NCBI GenBank assembly: GCA_002633005.1
Contig: NMRA01001088.1
Span: 1 to 58,025, forward strand
Source of the DNA: Phoronis australis
Lineage: Eukaryota; Animalia; Phoronida
Reading direction: 5' to 3'
Length of the DNA: 58,025 nucleotides
Below, in pieces: positions 57,420 through 58,025 of this stretch. Every line of letters starts with the position of its first letter. Positions within the stretch are counted from its first letter, which is position 1. Made by a program: the position numbers and the translations under genes. The notes beneath the pieces were generated by a model. That model was not told the DNA's origin. It was given only the letters and a program-made list of their open reading frames with translations, and made no database searches.

Positions 57420-58025
57420 CTTAAGGATTTTTTTAGTCATCACTTTACCGGATATTGGATACCAGTTTTTGAATGATCGATAGTCGCTAATGAAAATTAA
57501 GACAAGTGCAAACACCAGGGCACCTGTTTTTATAAAACATAGTTATAAACAAACGACGTGTTTTAAGAAAATAAAAATTTAGTTCAAAAGTTAAATTTTT
57601 AAATGTCCACGAAAAATACACAAGAAAGTAGAAAATACTAAGAGCTGTTTTCCTCAATTTTACCAAGCATGCTGATTGATAAAATTGCTCAATGAGAGTG
57701 TTTGTTATCATTGATAACAAACTACAGCGAAAATTGACCCAAGGAACGCGTTTTTCAGTTTTCAGATAAATTATCCAGTAGCTCTAATAAAACAACAAAA
57801 TAACTCTATAACTGCATTTGCTGAGCTGAGGAAATTGTTCAAACTTATCATTCATACGTTAAACTAAGAAAAAATAATACGTTAGCTCCAGATGAAGATA
57901 CTTGAAAATCGAGTGTCTCAGGTGTCGAATTGTCGCGATTCATTGAGAATGGCTCTTGTAACTGATGTACAGTAAAGTTGTCTTGCGCAGTGTAGATGTA
58001 CATGTAATATTTTTGAAAAAAATTC

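Overview
Eukaryotic, AT-rich, intron-rich genomic DNA, probably from a marine invertebrate (taxon not determinable here). Almost all ORF-track entries are spurious. The main feature is a complete + strand astacin (M12A) metalloprotease gene that I assembled by hand from 23 GT-AG exons with consistent phases (4291-39028; 3216 nt, about 1071 aa). Its architecture is signal peptide - prodomain - astacin - EGF - CUB - EGF - TSP1 - MAM - 3x ShKT with Pro/Thr linkers - F5/8 type C. A tandem paralog starts at 44236, but its exon 2 carries an in-frame TAG and both of its visible introns hold nested transposons. Two near-identical 1941-bp Kolobok-type elements (TTAA TSD, 158-bp TIRs, truncated THAP transposase facing a truncated Cys-rich KolX/P2X7-tail-like gene) sit in inverted orientation 21.7 kb apart. 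Also present: an older Kolobok-like element with a nested 9-bp-TSD MITE, Academ, hAT, DIRS-type tyrosine recombinase, Penelope and LINE relics, Helentron-like elements, hairpins, and two N-junction duplications that look like assembly artefacts. The palindrome TACATGTA is strongly over-represented and may record transposon excision scars. All family assignments come from motif recognition; no searches were run.
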